Of a stretch of 64,000 bases of DNA, positions 61,455-64,000 are shown piece after piece. The stretch lies in assembly GCA_032718475.1 (NCBI GenBank), contig JAUCBJ010008551.1:7002-71001 (forward strand). Direction: 5' to 3'. The position numbers and the translations under genes are program-made. The notes under the pieces are model-generated. The model worked only from the letters and a program-made list of their open reading frames with translations, was not told where the DNA came from and did not search any database. This DNA is from Nemertoderma westbladi. Taxonomy: Eukaryota; Animalia; Xenacoelomorpha. Position 1 is the first letter of the stretch. Every line of letters begins with the position of its first letter.

Positions 61455-63230
61455 TAAAACGTCTGTCCTTATCTGATCTGATCTGATCTGACAGCATCTG
61501 ATCCTATAACCAATCAGGAGAAAGAGATATAATATTTACCTAACTGTCTGTTAGGTAAATAGCCAATAGCTGAATAGGGGATCACGTTTCACGTTGCCTG
61601 TTTATGTATCAGTATCATCATATGACGTAGCAGTACAGGCATACCGGTATGCATATAATGCACAAAGGCATATTATTATATATTAAAAATGCGATATAGG
61701 ATGAAGGATGGCGGGTATGAAAGTTGTGTGATTGTCCCAGCAAAGATGGATAGTTTCAGATGTAAACAACTTTCGTAGATTTAGTTGGTGTTGAAACATT
61801 AAACATTTATTAAAAACAATACAGCCTTTGCTGCAATATTTTCGTAAATCTTTCTTGTTAATAGTTATCATTATTAATAGTTAAAGTTAATTATATTAAT
61901 TATAATTAATATTATTAATTAAGTAATGATACTTATTAATACATTACATTTAAAATATTTATTGTTTGTTTGTTACGCTAAACAGCTAAAGGGAAGGCAG
62001 GAAGGGGTATCTCTCTAGGCCTACTGTGTAGTGTGTATATGACGAAACACTTAACATGCCCCATATTGCCAGCTGATACAGTGGAGTTTATACTCAGACG
62101 ATGAAGGAATATGGGAAGGTGGATGGGAATGTGGGAATTAATAAACGCTGTTGTTACCTTCCAATTGAAGGAAAAGAGCAGGTTACAGCGGCTGTAATTT
62201 CTAACCAAAACAATAAACGACGTTTTACCTACAAATTGAGGGAAAGGAGCAGGTTACCGAGACAGGGTTTTCTAACCAAAACAATAAAGGATTTTGTTAC
62301 CTACCAATTGAGGGAAAGGAGAATATGTTACCGCGGCGGCTTGTTTACACCCACCTTCTTACTAACCGTCCGACTGACTGATCAATAGATCATCCCCCTC
62401 AAAAAATAAAGGACATCGCGCACGCGCATATAACACTTAATAAAGATAAATTTAATAAAAAATATCGACCTAAAAAATCGACCAAAAGTGAAATCCTGGT
62501 ATTCTTTACATGGGCGAAGAATACCAGACTTTATGCCGTTATATTTCACTTTGCAGTTACCCCCATGTGAAGAATACCAGGTTTTCACCAAAAACACAGG
62601 TTACAGAACGGCTGAATATAACCAAAACAATAAACGAATTAGTATATTTACAGGTTATAAGACATAAATAAGCTCTATAATACACTCAATAAAGATAAAT
62701 TAAAAAAGAATTAAAATCTTCATATATAAAATTCCAGTAAAAGTCGACTGAAAAGTGAAATCCTGGTATTCTTCACATGGGCCGGCACCAAAATTTGGCA
62801 CCAGCCGCTAAAAACAAATTTAAGATTTCTAGCTTATTTTATTTGAATTCCTTTTAGTTCGTTTCAGTTAGTCTTTTAGTTAGTATCGTTAGTTTCAGAG
62901 CGGGAGGTGTTATATTGACCCCCCCCCCCCCCCCGGGTTTAAGGGGAATACCGGGGAAACTTCACATGCTGGTCGACATAGGCAGAAAGTCCAGTACTCA
63001 TTTAGCTACCATTTAAGGATGCAAGGCAGAGATGCCTCGCTAAACCCTTCAAAACATTCGTGCCGAAACGAAAACTACCTTGGCCCCCACGCCGGGGTTG
63101 AACCCACAACCTCCGAGATATGTGAATTCAATATAACCACTACACCAAGGTGCGCTCTGAACCAAGTTGGAACAAGTGTCAGATACCGTCAGATCAGATC
63201 AGATCAGATCAGATAAGGACAGACGTTTTA
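61455..63230. mobile_element. Segment bounded by ~50-bp inverted repeats containing (ATCTG)n
   Basis: taaaacgtctgtccttatctgatctgatctgatctgac at 61455 and its reverse complement ending at 63230. Confidence 0.5.
62943..63157 (-). mobile_element. tRNA-derived SINE
   Basis: A-box TGGTGTAGTGG (63137-63147) and B-box GGTTCAACCC (63095-63104) on the minus strand, followed by a non-tRNA body. Confidence 0.65.
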
Positions 63231-63239
63231 GCCATCCTA

Positions 63240-63545
63240 ACCCCAAATAACATTATTCAAACTCCAAATACAATCATTCAACACCAAAAATAATTATTCA
63301 ACACCAAATACAATTATTTTACACCAAAACCAATTATTCACACCAAACCCCCAAAATAAATACAAATTTTCGAAAAATAAATACATTTTCCCCCAAAATA
63401 AATAGGCCTACATAATCCCCCAAAATAAATAACTTACATATTCCCCCAAAATAAATACATAACTTTCCCCCAAATAAATACATATTCCCCCAAAATAAAT
63501 GCTTATTCCCCCAAAATAATCAAATATTCTACCAAAATAAACAGA
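63240..63545. repeat. Degenerate short tandem repeats (ccccaaaataa/attcaacaccaaa)
   Basis: Repeated ~22-bp units. Similar units occur at 61330-61445 and inverted at 63940-64000. Confidence 0.6.
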
Positions 63546-64000
63546 CTCTTAGTTACAGACTCTCAGTTGCAGACTATTAGTACGAGGGTCGACGAGGGTG
63601 AGTATACGAAACAAAGACTTTACTGCCTGTTCTGTACAAAACAAAAAGGTCAAGTCACATAAAGTCACAAAGAGTGTTACGTCCCATTGCCATTTAAAGG
63701 GTCAGGTTATTTATTAGAAGGAGCTACTGTATTAACGGAGTGTTGGGGGAAACCACAATAAACGAAAGTTAACATGTTACAAGATTATGCAGATCTTTAT
63801 AATTGGGTCTTTGTTTTGTACTCACCCGAGGACCGTCGGTATAATATGATTAAACATTTGATTTTGTTTGATTTATGGAAACAAATAATAAATGAATTTG
63901 TATAAATAAATTTTCTGGAAGAATTGTTTATGGTTGACAATTAATTATTTTAGGGAGATTGAATAATTGTTTTTGGGGAATGAATAATTGTTTTTGGGAG

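Noticed and set aside
63085-63157. Functional tRNA
   Set aside because: The stems are imperfect and it continues into a non-tRNA body, so it is treated as a SINE head.

Overview
This is eukaryotic (probably invertebrate) genomic DNA, dominated by nested transposons, with no prokaryotic operon or CRISPR features. From left to right it contains: (1) Helitron/Helentron-type non-autonomous pieces and a TTAA-flanked piggyBac-like element. (2) An RTE-like LINE (12-bp TSD) split by a ~13.5 kb decayed BEL/Pao LTR retrotransposon. That element carries an extra ORF resembling a WRN/EXD-type DEDDy 3'-5' exonuclease with zinc knuckles, and its LTRs contain tandem hammerhead-like folds. (3) A long-TIR element with a P/THAP9-like transposase remnant. 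(4) A Ty3/Gypsy element whose 5' LTR holds an RTE LINE, which in turn holds a Penelope-type inverted insert with hammerhead motifs. (5) A second, 3'-truncated BEL/Pao element. (6) A minus-strand spliced gene for a tandem CCCH zinc-finger protein. Its 16.4 kb intron is almost filled by a ~15.1 kb array of a 46-bp unit that copies the intron's own 3' splice site plus the start of the next exon. All family assignments come from motif recognition by eye, not from database searches.
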